Below are positions 29,301 to 37,835 of a stretch of 54,857 bases of DNA, piece after piece. The stretch is from the IMG/VR virus record IMGVR_UViG_3300037635_001739, positions 1 to 54,857 of that record; one strand, given 5' to 3'. A program made the position numbers and the translations under genes. The DNA comes from a virus (lineage: Duplodnaviria > Caudoviricetes). A model generated the notes under the pieces. It was not told the DNA's origin and did not search any database. It saw only the letters and a program-made list of their open reading frames with translations. Position 1 is the stretch's first letter. Each line of letters begins with the position of its first letter.

Positions 29301-32300
29301 AAAAAAGGTAATGTACTAAAAAGATTCAAGAAAGAGGCTGATCTTGGAGGTAAATCTTTAGACGTAGAAGCTGGAGAAACAGGTTTTGCAGGAAATATAT
29401 CAGGAGACGCTGGTGTTATTAGAAACTTTGCAGATGAAAAGCAAATTGCGCCAGACAAACTTGTAAAAGCATCGAAAGTAATAACCTCTAAAGTTAGAGC
29501 GGACTTAGCGAACATGCTAAAAACTTGGGCTAGCCAAAATAATATAGATTTCGATACATTTAGATTTGGAGATGTAGATGCTAATGCTACTGTTAAAATA
29601 GACGGCAAAGATGTTAAAGTATTAAACGAAGTATTAAAAGAATTATTCCCAGGCGTTGATCCTGAAAAGTTTTTAGATAGTCGTACTATGTTCACCAGTG
29701 GAGAAGCCTCTATTGTTCTAGGTAAATTAGCTGAGAACGATCAAGAATTAATAGAACTATTTATAAATCTTCTGCCTAGAGGGGCGGTAATGCCTAAAGG
29801 CAAGAATAAAGCTGTAGTTAAAGACGATAATTATGGTAAATCTACTAAGCTAGATGGTTCCATATTGAAAAACTTTTACGATAAAGGTACAGAAAGATTC
29901 ACTAAAAAAGCTGGACTTACACCATTTATATTGAAAGATAATATTCGTTACAGTGACGTACACAAAGCTTTTGGAATGGATTCATCCGGTAATAAACTAA
30001 ATTACCAAAGAGCCAAATCTGGGATTGTATTATCTTCTGCTTACAAAATGTTAGGTAAACTAATAATGAATGAAGTTATTAGAACAGACTTAGGGTTAAC
30101 CGCTGAGCAGAAAATGAATGTGGGCGCTGGTAAAAGTGATTTACAATTTAGTAAAAGTGCGAGTGTCCTTGAGGCTTTAAATGTTGAGGGAACTGAAAGT
30201 TTTAGAAATAACTTTTACCATACACGCGAAAAATATAGAAAAGCAGGCCAAGATTTATTAATTGAATTATCTTTTAGGTTTACTCCAGAAGAAGTTAGAG
30301 ATTACATACTGCCTTTAATTTCTGATGTAGACGGCTCTAACTATAAGCAAGAAGCAAGGTTACTTTTTAGAAACAAAACTCATTTTTTTAGAAAACTAAA
30401 AGAGCAAGCAAAAAGTAAATTTGGAGATTACAAGCCTAATCAACGAAGAATATCTGTTGAAGGCGGAGCCGAGTTAAAATTAGCAAAAGTTACTAGCGAA
30501 TATTACCAGGGAGCTTCTTTTATACAAGACATTAAGGCTTTTGTAGGAAATATAAAAGATAGACAAACATTTGCAAAAGAGCAGCAAAAAGGGTTACTTA
30601 AAATAGTTAAAACATTGTCAGAAATTTTAGATGAAACTTCTTCTAAAAAAGGAGGGTTTGATCGTAAAGATTTTGAGAATATATCATTAGGTATATTTGC
30701 TTATTTTAACTATTTAAACACTAAAAATAAGAACGGAATACTTCGTACCTCAGCTGTTCCTACGCAAATGGCTATAATTCCAAGGCTTTTAGGATTTAAA
30801 GATACACCTGTAAAATATATTTACGAACATACTCAAACCGCTTCCGATACATCGGGAGAATTAATGCAATTAGTCTTTAATAAATTTGCGAAAAATCAAA
30901 AATTTGGCAAAAACCCAAATATTGAAAAAGAATTTAAGGAAATTATGGATGGGTATACGGTTGCGTTGATACCAAAAATCTATGATAAATTATTAAATAC
31001 AATAGCTAAAGAAAACGGAGACAGAGAAGGTACTAAAACTAGGAAAGATTACATTAAAAAATTATTGAAGCCAGGAAAAGACGGCATTCCCACTAGGTAT
31101 AAAATACCTGCTTTTGAAAAGCTACTGGAAGAGAACGGGTTAGAACCTTTACAGAATATACTTACGCCTATTGATCAAGCTAATTACGACGCTATCGTAA
31201 ATGGGAGAGAAGCTCAGTTTTCTATAAATAGAGTAGAAGTTACTGAAACCTTAAACAAGGCTAACAATAACGCTAATAATATCAATGCTAAACCTAAAGG
31301 TATAAGTGTTTGGGATTTTGACGATACACTAGCTAAGACTAAAAGTAATGTATTATATACAATGCCCGGGGAAATTAGAATATTCCACGGCGGTGATATA
31401 AAATCAGTCAAAGACATTGCTGGATTTGTATATTTTTCAGAAGATAAAAAACAAGCTGCAGCCTACGCTAAAGGCAATCAAGGAGAGATTAGTAGTTTTA
31501 AGATAGACGAAGCATCTATTGCAACAGAAGATCAAGTGTTTGATGTTATTAACAACTTAGATATTAAGCCAAGAGCTGGTTATGCGGTAGACGAATCTAA
31601 CTTATATGAACTTATTGATCCTAGATTTGAGCAATCATTTTCTAAAAAAGATCTTGAAAAACTAGCAGTAGCGCTTAAAAGAAAAGGAATAAAGGCTGCA
31701 CGATTTACAGATACCAATATTAGCCAAGGTAAAAATGAAGGAAGAGAAACTGAGAACGTTGTGGTATTTGACAAGAAAGTTGTGCAGGAACAAAATAAAC
31801 TAGATGCTGAACAGTTTGCAAAAGAAGGCGATAAGTTAATGGCTGAGGGGGCTGATTTTGACTTTAGTGAATTCAGTAAAGTTGTTAATGGAAGCAAGGG
31901 GCCTTTCTTTGAAAAGGCTATGGCTAGAAATAAAAAGTTTGGAAACAAAAATGTTTTTATACTTACAGCTAGACCGGCAAACAGCGCAAATGCTATACAC
32001 GAGTTTTTAAAAGGTATTGGATTAAACATACCTTTAGAAAATATTACTGGCTTAGCTAATTCATCACCTCAAGCTAAAGCTGATTGGGTTGTAGGAAAAG
32101 CTGCAGAAGGTTATAATGACTTTTATTTTGCAGACGACGCCATTCAAAATGTTAAAGCAGTAGCTAAGGCATTAGAGGTGCTAGACGTTAAGAGTAAGGT
32201 TAGACAAGCGAATGTACAGTTTTCTAAAAGCATGAACAGTGAGTTCAATCAAATGATTGAAAAGAAAAGCGGTATTGATGCTAGAGGTACTATATCTAAA

Positions 32301-34250
32301 TACAAAGCATCGGTAATGGGCCGTAAAAAAGGTCGATTCCAGTTCTTTATACCACCTGGAGCCGAAGATTTTGAAGGTCTAATGTATAAGTTACTAGATA
32401 AGGGAAAGATTGGGGAGCAACAAAAAGAGTGGTTTAAGAAAGCATTGTTTGATCCTTTTGCTAGAGGAATAAACGAATTTGACACATATAAGCTGCAAGT
32501 AGCTAATGCTGTTAGGCAACTTAAAAAGTCTTTAAAGAATATACCTAAAGAATTAGGAAAAAGAGATCCTAAGACAGATTTTAAATATGAAGATGCGGTT
32601 AGAGTATATCTTTGGCAATTAAACGGCCACGAAATAAAGGGAATATCCGAATCCGACATTAAGGCTTTAGTAGACATTGTTAAAAATTCTCCTAACTTAA
32701 AAAGATTTGCAAGACAACTAAATAAAACCATGGGTGGCTACCCCGCTCCTCAAGAAAGTTGGTTAGCTGGTACTATTACAACTGACGCTATAAATATGGT
32801 TAACACCATAAAAAGAAAAGAGTTTTTAGAAACTTGGCAGCAGAATGCAGACATAATATTTTCAGAAGATAATCTAAATAAACTAGAAGCTACTTTTGGA
32901 GAAGATTATGTTGAAGCTTTAAAAGATTCTTTATATAGAATGAAATCTGGGCGTAACAGGCCATCTGGAGCCAACAAGTTAACCAATAGATTTATGAATT
33001 GGGTTAATGATTCTGTAGCAACCATAATGTTCTTTAATACAAGATCGGCATTGCTACAAACATTGTCAACCGTAAACTTTATAAACTGGGGTGATAATAA
33101 TCCATTATTAGCAGCTAAAGCTTTTAGTAATCAAAAACAATTTTGGAGTGATTTTTCAATGTTATTCAATTCTGACTTTTTAAAATCTAGACGTACAGGA
33201 TTAAAGAACGATGTAAATGCCGATGAAATTGCTAATGCTGCTGCTACACAAACTAATAAAGCTAAAGCCGTCTTAGCTGTTTTACTTAAAGCCGGGTTTT
33301 TACCCACACAAATGGCAGATAGTTTCGCTATTGCAATGGGTGGAGCATCTTTTTACAGGAATAGAGTTAATACTTATATGCAAAAAGGTGAAGGTAAACC
33401 GGGTATGGGTAGACTAGCAGCAGAGGAACAAGCATTTTTAGATTTTCAAGAAATAGCTGAAGCTACTCAGCAATCATCTAGACCTGATAGAGTATCACAA
33501 CAACAAGCTAGTCCGCTGGGACGTATTATATTAGCTTTTGCGAATACACCTATGCAATACATGAGATTAACTAAAAAAGCTTTCTTGGATCTTAAGAATG
33601 GGCGTGGCAGTGCTAAAGAGAATATTACTAAAATGCTTTATTATGCGGCAATACAAAATGTTATATTTAGTAGTTTACAAGCTGCTTTGTTTGCGATGCT
33701 ATTTGACGACGAAGAAGAAGAAGAAACTAAAAAGAAAGGAACTAGGGTGGCTAATACCATGTTGGATTCCATGCTTAGAGGTTTAGGTATATACGGAGCT
33801 GTAGCTTCTACGGTAAAAAACATTGCGCTCGAGATTGATAAGCAATCTAAAAAAGATCGCCCTGACTATTCAGAAGCAGCGGTAAAAGCATTAGATTTAT
33901 CTCCGCCTATATCTTCTAAAATAAGAAAAGGCAGGAGTGCCGGTAGAGCTTTTAGCTATAAAAAAACTAGAGAAAAAATGGTTGGGTTTGGGTTAGACAA
34001 TCCTGCTTACTACGCAGTAGGTCAAATAACTTCGGCAACTGCTAACATACCATTAGATAGAGCAATAGGAAAAGCAAATCATGTTAGACTAGCATTTGCT
34101 CAGGAAACTAAATTTTGGCAATCGGTATCTTTATTATTAGGATTTAGCGAATGGGATCTTAATATGATAGAAAAAGATAAAAAGAAAACTAAATTTGGAA
34201 AAAAAATGAAGTGGAAAAAAAGAAAACTTAAGAAAAGAAAACTTAAATAA
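26349..34250 (+). CDS. Giant polyvalent internal virion protein (membrane-like segment, zincin protease, sigma2-like segment, HAD phosphatase with ART insertion, helical C-terminus)
   Basis: 2633 aa; Gly/Ala hydrophobic stretch; HELLH at 28269-28283; DFDDT...LTAR...K...FADD; FHGG...YFS-x4-A-x2-YA...ENVVVFD. Confidence 0.75.
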   Translation: MNEEALKYSFDLFVKDGYNGTIDDYKELIKTNDKARSVSYNLFTSDGYNGSDADFNNLMGIDNTIMLSDEELGKTNDSANVDPSVESDTTGSGLDDGFSESQEKDTGIERLFGKNEVTDFFGDIARAWQSGTAQGRSLDSAIEIFKSGKDMTEDQYVEFVEQARAMEDAGQTDEMIEFGKQYAKDKEEYGSVGGFFTSWWKNPTVMTQYTAQSLANMASSARNSEEAALMAAGGVVTGAGIGSAIPVVGTILGGLSGGMGALSGTMEVGFTTAQLLQEAAIDAGKDWNTMSNKERIDWTKEVVNNEELYNDLTNKALRRGIAIGSIDAVTGALTGGIGGAARTGVTATTKSALAGAAEVAAVAATETAGGLASEIAGQLAAEQELDAQEILTEGFADKTFTLVNVARGGLKGPKYTLEGEKMNGKRFREAVQTMDDATVATVKFEISNDPLMEKIIQNRKQDIKIDQEIDATISGVDDRAEIIKLQKKLNKLKGNDSVTASNTKKEIRSQITEIQDKYKGSEVDVTIKQRQEAVAKAVDTKFEENFNKYYKGAKQAAKDLGFKQGPKIYKTTKGYEKAIAAKEGFDSFDKYIADVAKRKNISIEKAAEISRGSDGVFLGEGVMFIDKQKAKEVGAITVASHELLHPVFNAAIGDAKAQGKIVREFKKAMTSKQKRFVRNKLKANVNPADWNTEYLNYFSDAILKGEINYDKTLFEKLKDVVLRVLKGAGFENVSFDSGREVYNFLKEYNTSLKETGQVSEKAVEAIKTAETKRTTKLRKENADAPEVKAATINRSGDIQKSVNQEILDLTEALDAAEDAYAADPNNPTLEKNVELAEKALDEAEERAISGAPKPKVVAPKPKKEVKKEVKKEDKPKAKKETTSKQKELNEKVDKLAGKKDEDGNYVMSKKEWDRTGIGKASQSIIYGDILNPLITRGITGEGVQGKSLQDFIQAVKDELLPVLMNFNPEKNNSLIGWINSQLRFKKGNVLKRFKKEADLGGKSLDVEAGETGFAGNISGDAGVIRNFADEKQIAPDKLVKASKVITSKVRADLANMLKTWASQNNIDFDTFRFGDVDANATVKIDGKDVKVLNEVLKELFPGVDPEKFLDSRTMFTSGEASIVLGKLAENDQELIELFINLLPRGAVMPKGKNKAVVKDDNYGKSTKLDGSILKNFYDKGTERFTKKAGLTPFILKDNIRYSDVHKAFGMDSSGNKLNYQRAKSGIVLSSAYKMLGKLIMNEVIRTDLGLTAEQKMNVGAGKSDLQFSKSASVLEALNVEGTESFRNNFYHTREKYRKAGQDLLIELSFRFTPEEVRDYILPLISDVDGSNYKQEARLLFRNKTHFFRKLKEQAKSKFGDYKPNQRRISVEGGAELKLAKVTSEYYQGASFIQDIKAFVGNIKDRQTFAKEQQKGLLKIVKTLSEILDETSSKKGGFDRKDFENISLGIFAYFNYLNTKNKNGILRTSAVPTQMAIIPRLLGFKDTPVKYIYEHTQTASDTSGELMQLVFNKFAKNQKFGKNPNIEKEFKEIMDGYTVALIPKIYDKLLNTIAKENGDREGTKTRKDYIKKLLKPGKDGIPTRYKIPAFEKLLEENGLEPLQNILTPIDQANYDAIVNGREAQFSINRVEVTETLNKANNNANNINAKPKGISVWDFDDTLAKTKSNVLYTMPGEIRIFHGGDIKSVKDIAGFVYFSEDKKQAAAYAKGNQGEISSFKIDEASIATEDQVFDVINNLDIKPRAGYAVDESNLYELIDPRFEQSFSKKDLEKLAVALKRKGIKAARFTDTNISQGKNEGRETENVVVFDKKVVQEQNKLDAEQFAKEGDKLMAEGADFDFSEFSKVVNGSKGPFFEKAMARNKKFGNKNVFILTARPANSANAIHEFLKGIGLNIPLENITGLANSSPQAKADWVVGKAAEGYNDFYFADDAIQNVKAVAKALEVLDVKSKVRQANVQFSKSMNSEFNQMIEKKSGIDARGTISKYKASVMGRKKGRFQFFIPPGAEDFEGLMYKLLDKGKIGEQQKEWFKKALFDPFARGINEFDTYKLQVANAVRQLKKSLKNIPKELGKRDPKTDFKYEDAVRVYLWQLNGHEIKGISESDIKALVDIVKNSPNLKRFARQLNKTMGGYPAPQESWLAGTITTDAINMVNTIKRKEFLETWQQNADIIFSEDNLNKLEATFGEDYVEALKDSLYRMKSGRNRPSGANKLTNRFMNWVNDSVATIMFFNTRSALLQTLSTVNFINWGDNNPLLAAKAFSNQKQFWSDFSMLFNSDFLKSRRTGLKNDVNADEIANAAATQTNKAKAVLAVLLKAGFLPTQMADSFAIAMGGASFYRNRVNTYMQKGEGKPGMGRLAAEEQAFLDFQEIAEATQQSSRPDRVSQQQASPLGRIILAFANTPMQYMRLTKKAFLDLKNGRGSAKENITKMLYYAAIQNVIFSSLQAALFAMLFDDEEEEETKKKGTRVANTMLDSMLRGLGIYGAVASTVKNIALEIDKQSKKDRPDYSEAAVKALDLSPPISSKIRKGRSAGRAFSYKKTREKMVGFGLDNPAYYAVGQITSATANIPLDRAIGKANHVRLAFAQETKFWQSVSLLLGFSEWDLNMIEKDKKKTKFGKKMKWKKRKLKKRKLK

Positions 34251-34257
34251 TAAAACT

Positions 34258-34500
34258 ATGAAACCTATAACAACTAGAGTTAAAGAAAGTAGAAGCAGAA
34301 CTTTATATCCTGCTAATCAAGAAGTAACTATGAATGCAGATGGTAGTGGCGGACCTATAGATACCTGCGGTTGTAGCTCTCCAGCTAAACTGAAGGATGC
34401 TTGCTACCGCAAAGCCAAAGCTAAATACGATAAATTTCCGTCCGCTTATGCTTCTGGGTACATAGCTAAATGTAGGAAACGTAAAGGCAACATAAAGTAA
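34258..34500 (+). CDS. Small basic protein (KDACY...PSAYASG motif)
   Basis: Motif typical of DUF5872-related marine-virus proteins; SPAK motif. Confidence 0.6.
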   Translation: MKPITTRVKESRSRTLYPANQEVTMNADGSGGPIDTCGCSSPAKLKDACYRKAKAKYDKFPSAYASGYIAKCRKRKGNIK

Positions 34501-34757
34501 TGGGATTTAAAATGAGATCTTCGCCGTTTAAGGTAAGAAAAACTAAAGAAGGATTAGCTTTAAAGCGCTGGTTCAAAGAAGACTGGAAAACTCCTGAAGG
34601 TAATGAGGACTATAGTAAAGGAGGAAATACCTTTAGACCAACCAAAAGGGTTTCGAAAGATACTCCTGCTACGTGGGACGAGCTTACTCCTGCTGAAAAA
34701 GCAAGAGGTCAAAGAGAAAAAAATACAAAAGGAAGAGTTAGTAAATATAAAAAATAA
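34500..34757 (+). CDS. Small basic protein, DUF5872-like
   Basis: LKRWFKEDW...RPTKRVSKDTPATWDEL. Confidence 0.6.
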   Translation: MGFKMRSSPFKVRKTKEGLALKRWFKEDWKTPEGNEDYSKGGNTFRPTKRVSKDTPATWDELTPAEKARGQREKNTKGRVSKYKK

Positions 34758-34761
34758 AACT

Positions 34762-34908
34762 ATGAGCCTACAAGAAATAAAACTATACTTAATTAACGGC
34801 AGCACATTAAGTATAACTACCTTTACTCACATAGAAGACTGGTTAAAAATAATACTTTTACTAGTAACTATTGGCTATACTATCTCTAAGTGGAATAAAA
34901 TAAAATAA
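34762..34908 (+). CDS. Small membrane protein, holin-like
   Basis: 48 aa with hydrophobic helix WLKIILLLVTIGYTI and basic tail; directly upstream of the endolysin. Confidence 0.55.
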   Translation: MSLQEIKLYLINGSTLSITTFTHIEDWLKIILLLVTIGYTISKWNKIK

Positions 34909-34909
34909 T

Positions 34910-35236
34910 ATGAGTATATATTTTAAAGAGTGTGAAAAAAACATGGACGAAGACTTCCTAGCTAAACTAGACAACGCTAGAGTTATAGCTGATATGCCGT
35001 TCATAATAAATTCAGCATGGCGAAGCCCCGAACACAACAAAGATGTTGGAGGGAAACCTAATTCTTCACATTTAAAGGGTTTAGCTGTAGACATAAAAAT
35101 AGAAAACAGCAGACAAAGATTTATTGTATTACAATCTTTAATAGCTGCAGGATTTAATAGAATAGGAATTGCAAAAACATTTATTCACGTCGACGGAGAT
35201 AAAGATAAAGATCCGCGAGTAACTTGGTTATATTAA
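34910..35236 (+). CDS. Endolysin, peptidase M15A family
   Basis: INSAWRSPEHN..VGG...SSHLKGLAVDI...FIHVD zinc-binding motifs. Confidence 0.9.
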   Translation: MSIYFKECEKNMDEDFLAKLDNARVIADMPFIINSAWRSPEHNKDVGGKPNSSHLKGLAVDIKIENSRQRFIVLQSLIAAGFNRIGIAKTFIHVDGDKDKDPRVTWLY

Positions 35237-35246
35237 AGCAAAAATT

Positions 35247-35348
35247 ATGAAAAACAAAAAAGATTCTAAATTTAGAAAATTACTTATAGTATTAATGAAA
35301 AAATGGAATTCGTTTCTTTACTTATTAATGTTTAAAAAGTATGATTAA
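35247..35348 (+). CDS. Possible 33-aa basic amphipathic peptide
   Basis: MKNKKDSKFRKLLIVLMKKWNSFLYLLMFKKYD*, filling the gap before the terminator. Confidence 0.35.
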   Translation: MKNKKDSKFRKLLIVLMKKWNSFLYLLMFKKYD

Positions 35349-35352
35349 AATT

Positions 35353-35384
35353 AAAGCCGCTACAATTAAGTAACGGCTTTTTTT
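35353..35384. terminator. Bidirectional terminator between the convergent arms
   Basis: AAAGCCGCTAC-aattaa-GTAACGGCTTTTTTT hairpin at the point where gene orientation switches. Confidence 0.75.
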
Positions 35385-35386
35385 AT

Positions 35387-37249
35387 TTAAGTAATTTCAC
35401 AAGCTCCTCCAGCGCAGGCAAGTTCTCCTGACAAATCAGTTTCGTCATCGTCTTCTTCAATCTTTGCGATGTCAACTAGCCGCAAGGTTTCCATCATTTC
35501 ATTATACTTAGACTCATCTATATCTTCAAAGGGCGCTTGTACATAAGTGCCTCCATTGTAAGGCAATACAGATAGACCGTTATAAAACTTCTTATTATCC
35601 CACATCCATTCACCAATCATATCCCACTCATCTTCTTTAATAGATACAGTAGCAGATATATTGTGTGTGTTCCTGCCATCTCTGTGTCCTGGTTTAACCC
35701 ACATCTCAGATACAAACTTTACCCGCTCTAATAATTCTACAGGGTGCTCTGTTCTAAGCATAGATCCTTTTGGTGCTTTTTGCGGTATAGATATTACAGC
35801 TGTGTCGTGAGGTCTAAAGTATTCATCTTCAACTAACTCAGGATGGTTTTCAGCAAGGAACTTATACATTGACTCGTTCTTACCTACACGTATTCTTCTT
35901 ACATAATAATCATTATGCCAAGCGTGAATACCAGATGACGTTCCTAGCGTCAATGATGTAGTCCCTGCTGGTTTAACCGTTGTCGATCTAGCTGATGGAT
36001 TAATACCTATTAATTTTGCAACACGTTTATTCTCTGCTTTAACAAGTAAAGCCGCTTTATCCATGTCTAATTTTAAAACCTTCCCTGATCCAATTCCTGT
36101 TATTGAAACTCCAATTAAAGCATCTTTTTCTGTTGTAGTTCTCCATATATCTCTAAGATAATGAAAGCTCGTGTACGAGGCTTGTAATGTCCCTATGAGG
36201 GCTGCATTAGTTACACGCCTGTCAAACTCTTCTTGAGTATCTAAGTCCGATCCATTTACTTCACATAAATTACAAAATTGATAAGGTCTAAGTGCAATTT
36301 CACAACAAGGATTAGTACCCCAATCTTTATCATTAGTTAAATAAAAACCTGGCTCACCAGATCCGGATAACTCAATACGTTTCCACAAATCCATAAAGTA
36401 GGACTTAGTAAGCTTCTGTCGCATAAGCACAGCTGAATTATTAGCTCTACCACGCTGTGGATTTTTCTCCCACCAATCTCCTGACTTACAACCAATCATT
36501 TCAACATCATCAGATGAGAATAAAGATATTAAAGCTGCTCTTCTTATTCCTCCAGCTAAAACTGAATCGGCAATGTGACATATAATATCATGTGCTTGCA
36601 CTGTACTTAAGTAATCCCCGTCTTTTAATGAATCCAATATACCTGTTATTTTAACTATAGCTTCTTTAAGAGGTTGTGGTCCAGGTGCTTTACCACCTGA
36701 TGTTACAAGCCTTGCTCCTTTAGCGCGAATGTCAGAATAATCAAAGTCAATTCTAGAACTCCGTTTGTTACCTAAATATGATTTCATTAATACTTTAATA
36801 GCATCGGCCCAGCCCTCAATAGAATCCATAACTAAGAATCTTCTTGTGCGTTTTTCAAACGGCACGGTTACGGATGGCAACTTAGCTACATGATGCTTTT
36901 GCACTGAATAACCCACGCCTGTTCCACCTAATAATAAAAACATTGTTTCGCTAAATGCCGCTACAGATTCTACTGGCAAATAAGCGCAATTATATATCCT
37001 ATTAGGAGATATCTCGATAGGCTTGCCACCAAATTGTAGGCTACGCATGCTTGGTAATATATTTTTGCTATACACATCTTCATAAGCTGCTCTTATTTCT
37101 TTTTCTAAATTTGGAAACTTTTTTATATGCATTGATTCATTTCTAAACACAAGTTGATCCCATGTTTCTCTACGCTTTGTCTCTGGTATATATTTAGCAT
37201 ATTTCATAAATACCGTTATGTCACTTAATATTCTGTTAGATTTGTTCAT
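35387..37249 (-). CDS. nrdJ: Class II (adenosylcobalamin-dependent) ribonucleotide reductase
   Basis: YNCAY, TNPCCEI, CNLCEVN, TTVKPAGT and C-terminal CAGGAC; no beta subunit gene seen. Confidence 0.9.
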   Translation of the reverse strand: MNKSNRILSDITVFMKYAKYIPETKRRETWDQLVFRNESMHIKKFPNLEKEIRAAYEDVYSKNILPSMRSLQFGGKPIEISPNRIYNCAYLPVESVAAFSETMFLLLGGTGVGYSVQKHHVAKLPSVTVPFEKRTRRFLVMDSIEGWADAIKVLMKSYLGNKRSSRIDFDYSDIRAKGARLVTSGGKAPGPQPLKEAIVKITGILDSLKDGDYLSTVQAHDIICHIADSVLAGGIRRAALISLFSSDDVEMIGCKSGDWWEKNPQRGRANNSAVLMRQKLTKSYFMDLWKRIELSGSGEPGFYLTNDKDWGTNPCCEIALRPYQFCNLCEVNGSDLDTQEEFDRRVTNAALIGTLQASYTSFHYLRDIWRTTTEKDALIGVSITGIGSGKVLKLDMDKAALLVKAENKRVAKLIGINPSARSTTVKPAGTTSLTLGTSSGIHAWHNDYYVRRIRVGKNESMYKFLAENHPELVEDEYFRPHDTAVISIPQKAPKGSMLRTEHPVELLERVKFVSEMWVKPGHRDGRNTHNISATVSIKEDEWDMIGEWMWDNKKFYNGLSVLPYNGGTYVQAPFEDIDESKYNEMMETLRLVDIAKIEEDDDETDLSGELACAGGACEIT

Positions 37250-37399
37250 TTATAATACTCTAATTTTAAATTCATCTTGTTTTTTAACTAATTCTTTCCA
37301 TGAGATTTTACCCTTATTATTCCAGGACCATTTAACCCATTTAGCTATTTGTCTTTCGGCATAAGCTTTACGAGCTAATCGTTTATTGTTTCCTACCAT
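37250..37399 (-). CDS. Small hypothetical protein (49 aa)
   Basis: MVGNNKRLARKAYAERQIAKWVKWSW...; exactly fills the gap between neighbours. Confidence 0.5.
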   Translation of the reverse strand: MVGNNKRLARKAYAERQIAKWVKWSWNNKGKISWKELVKKQDEFKIRVL

Positions 37400-37835
37400 C
37401 TAATATAAGTTTAATCATTAATGCTACATCTTTTTGGTTTTGAGGTTTGTATAAAGTTCGTTTTTCATTATTAAGTGTACACCAAAGTTTAAATAACTTC
37501 CAGCGAAGCGGAAATTGTTCATTGGCTCTTCCTTTACATTCTATTATATAATCTTTACCTGTAAAGTCAGGAGTATATTTAATACCTAGTATTTTTTTCT
37601 GTCCTCTGTCTTTCATATCGCCTTTACCGTTTGATTGTTTCTCAAATGATATATTTGGAAAACGAAAACCTTCTAGCGTTTGAAATACTTCATCTTCATA
37701 CTTTTCAAATAACCCAGCCTCTTTCAAGGCTAAGTATGTATGTTTTTCTAAACCTGATCGAAAGCTGATCCCATCCGCAGTAGCTTTTTTAGCGCGGACA
37801 GGACCTTTTTTCTTTGATCTTTTAAAGCGTTTCAT
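37383..37835 (-). CDS. T7 endonuclease I-like Holliday junction resolvase
   Basis: FRSGLE...YTPDF...IIECKGR. Confidence 0.8.
   Translation of the reverse strand: MKRFKRSKKKGPVRAKKATADGISFRSGLEKHTYLALKEAGLFEKYEDEVFQTLEGFRFPNISFEKQSNGKGDMKDRGQKKILGIKYTPDFTGKDYIIECKGRANEQFPLRWKLFKLWCTLNNEKRTLYKPQNQKDVALMIKLILDGRKQ

Noticed and set aside
26349-34250. Giant protein as a crAss-like or N4-like virion RNA polymerase
   Set aside because: No DxDxD catalytic motif seen. DFDDT fits HAD motif I (DxDxT), and matching HAD motifs II-IV follow.
245-34805. Numerous antisense and alternative-frame ORFs in the ORF track (e.g. 245-481, 3399-3806, 17768-18271, 29288-29695, 32249-32731)
   Set aside because: They are shadows of long genes, with biased F/L/S composition and no recognisable motifs or start context.
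60-35236. Stop-codon reassignment as in some crAss-like phages
   Set aside because: Long genes are intact and tightly packed under the standard code, and no suppressor tRNA was seen.
35387-37249. Intein or intron in nrdJ (also considered for terL and the primase-helicase)
   Set aside because: Protein lengths are normal or compact and catalytic motifs are contiguous. No splice-junction or homing-endonuclease motifs were seen.
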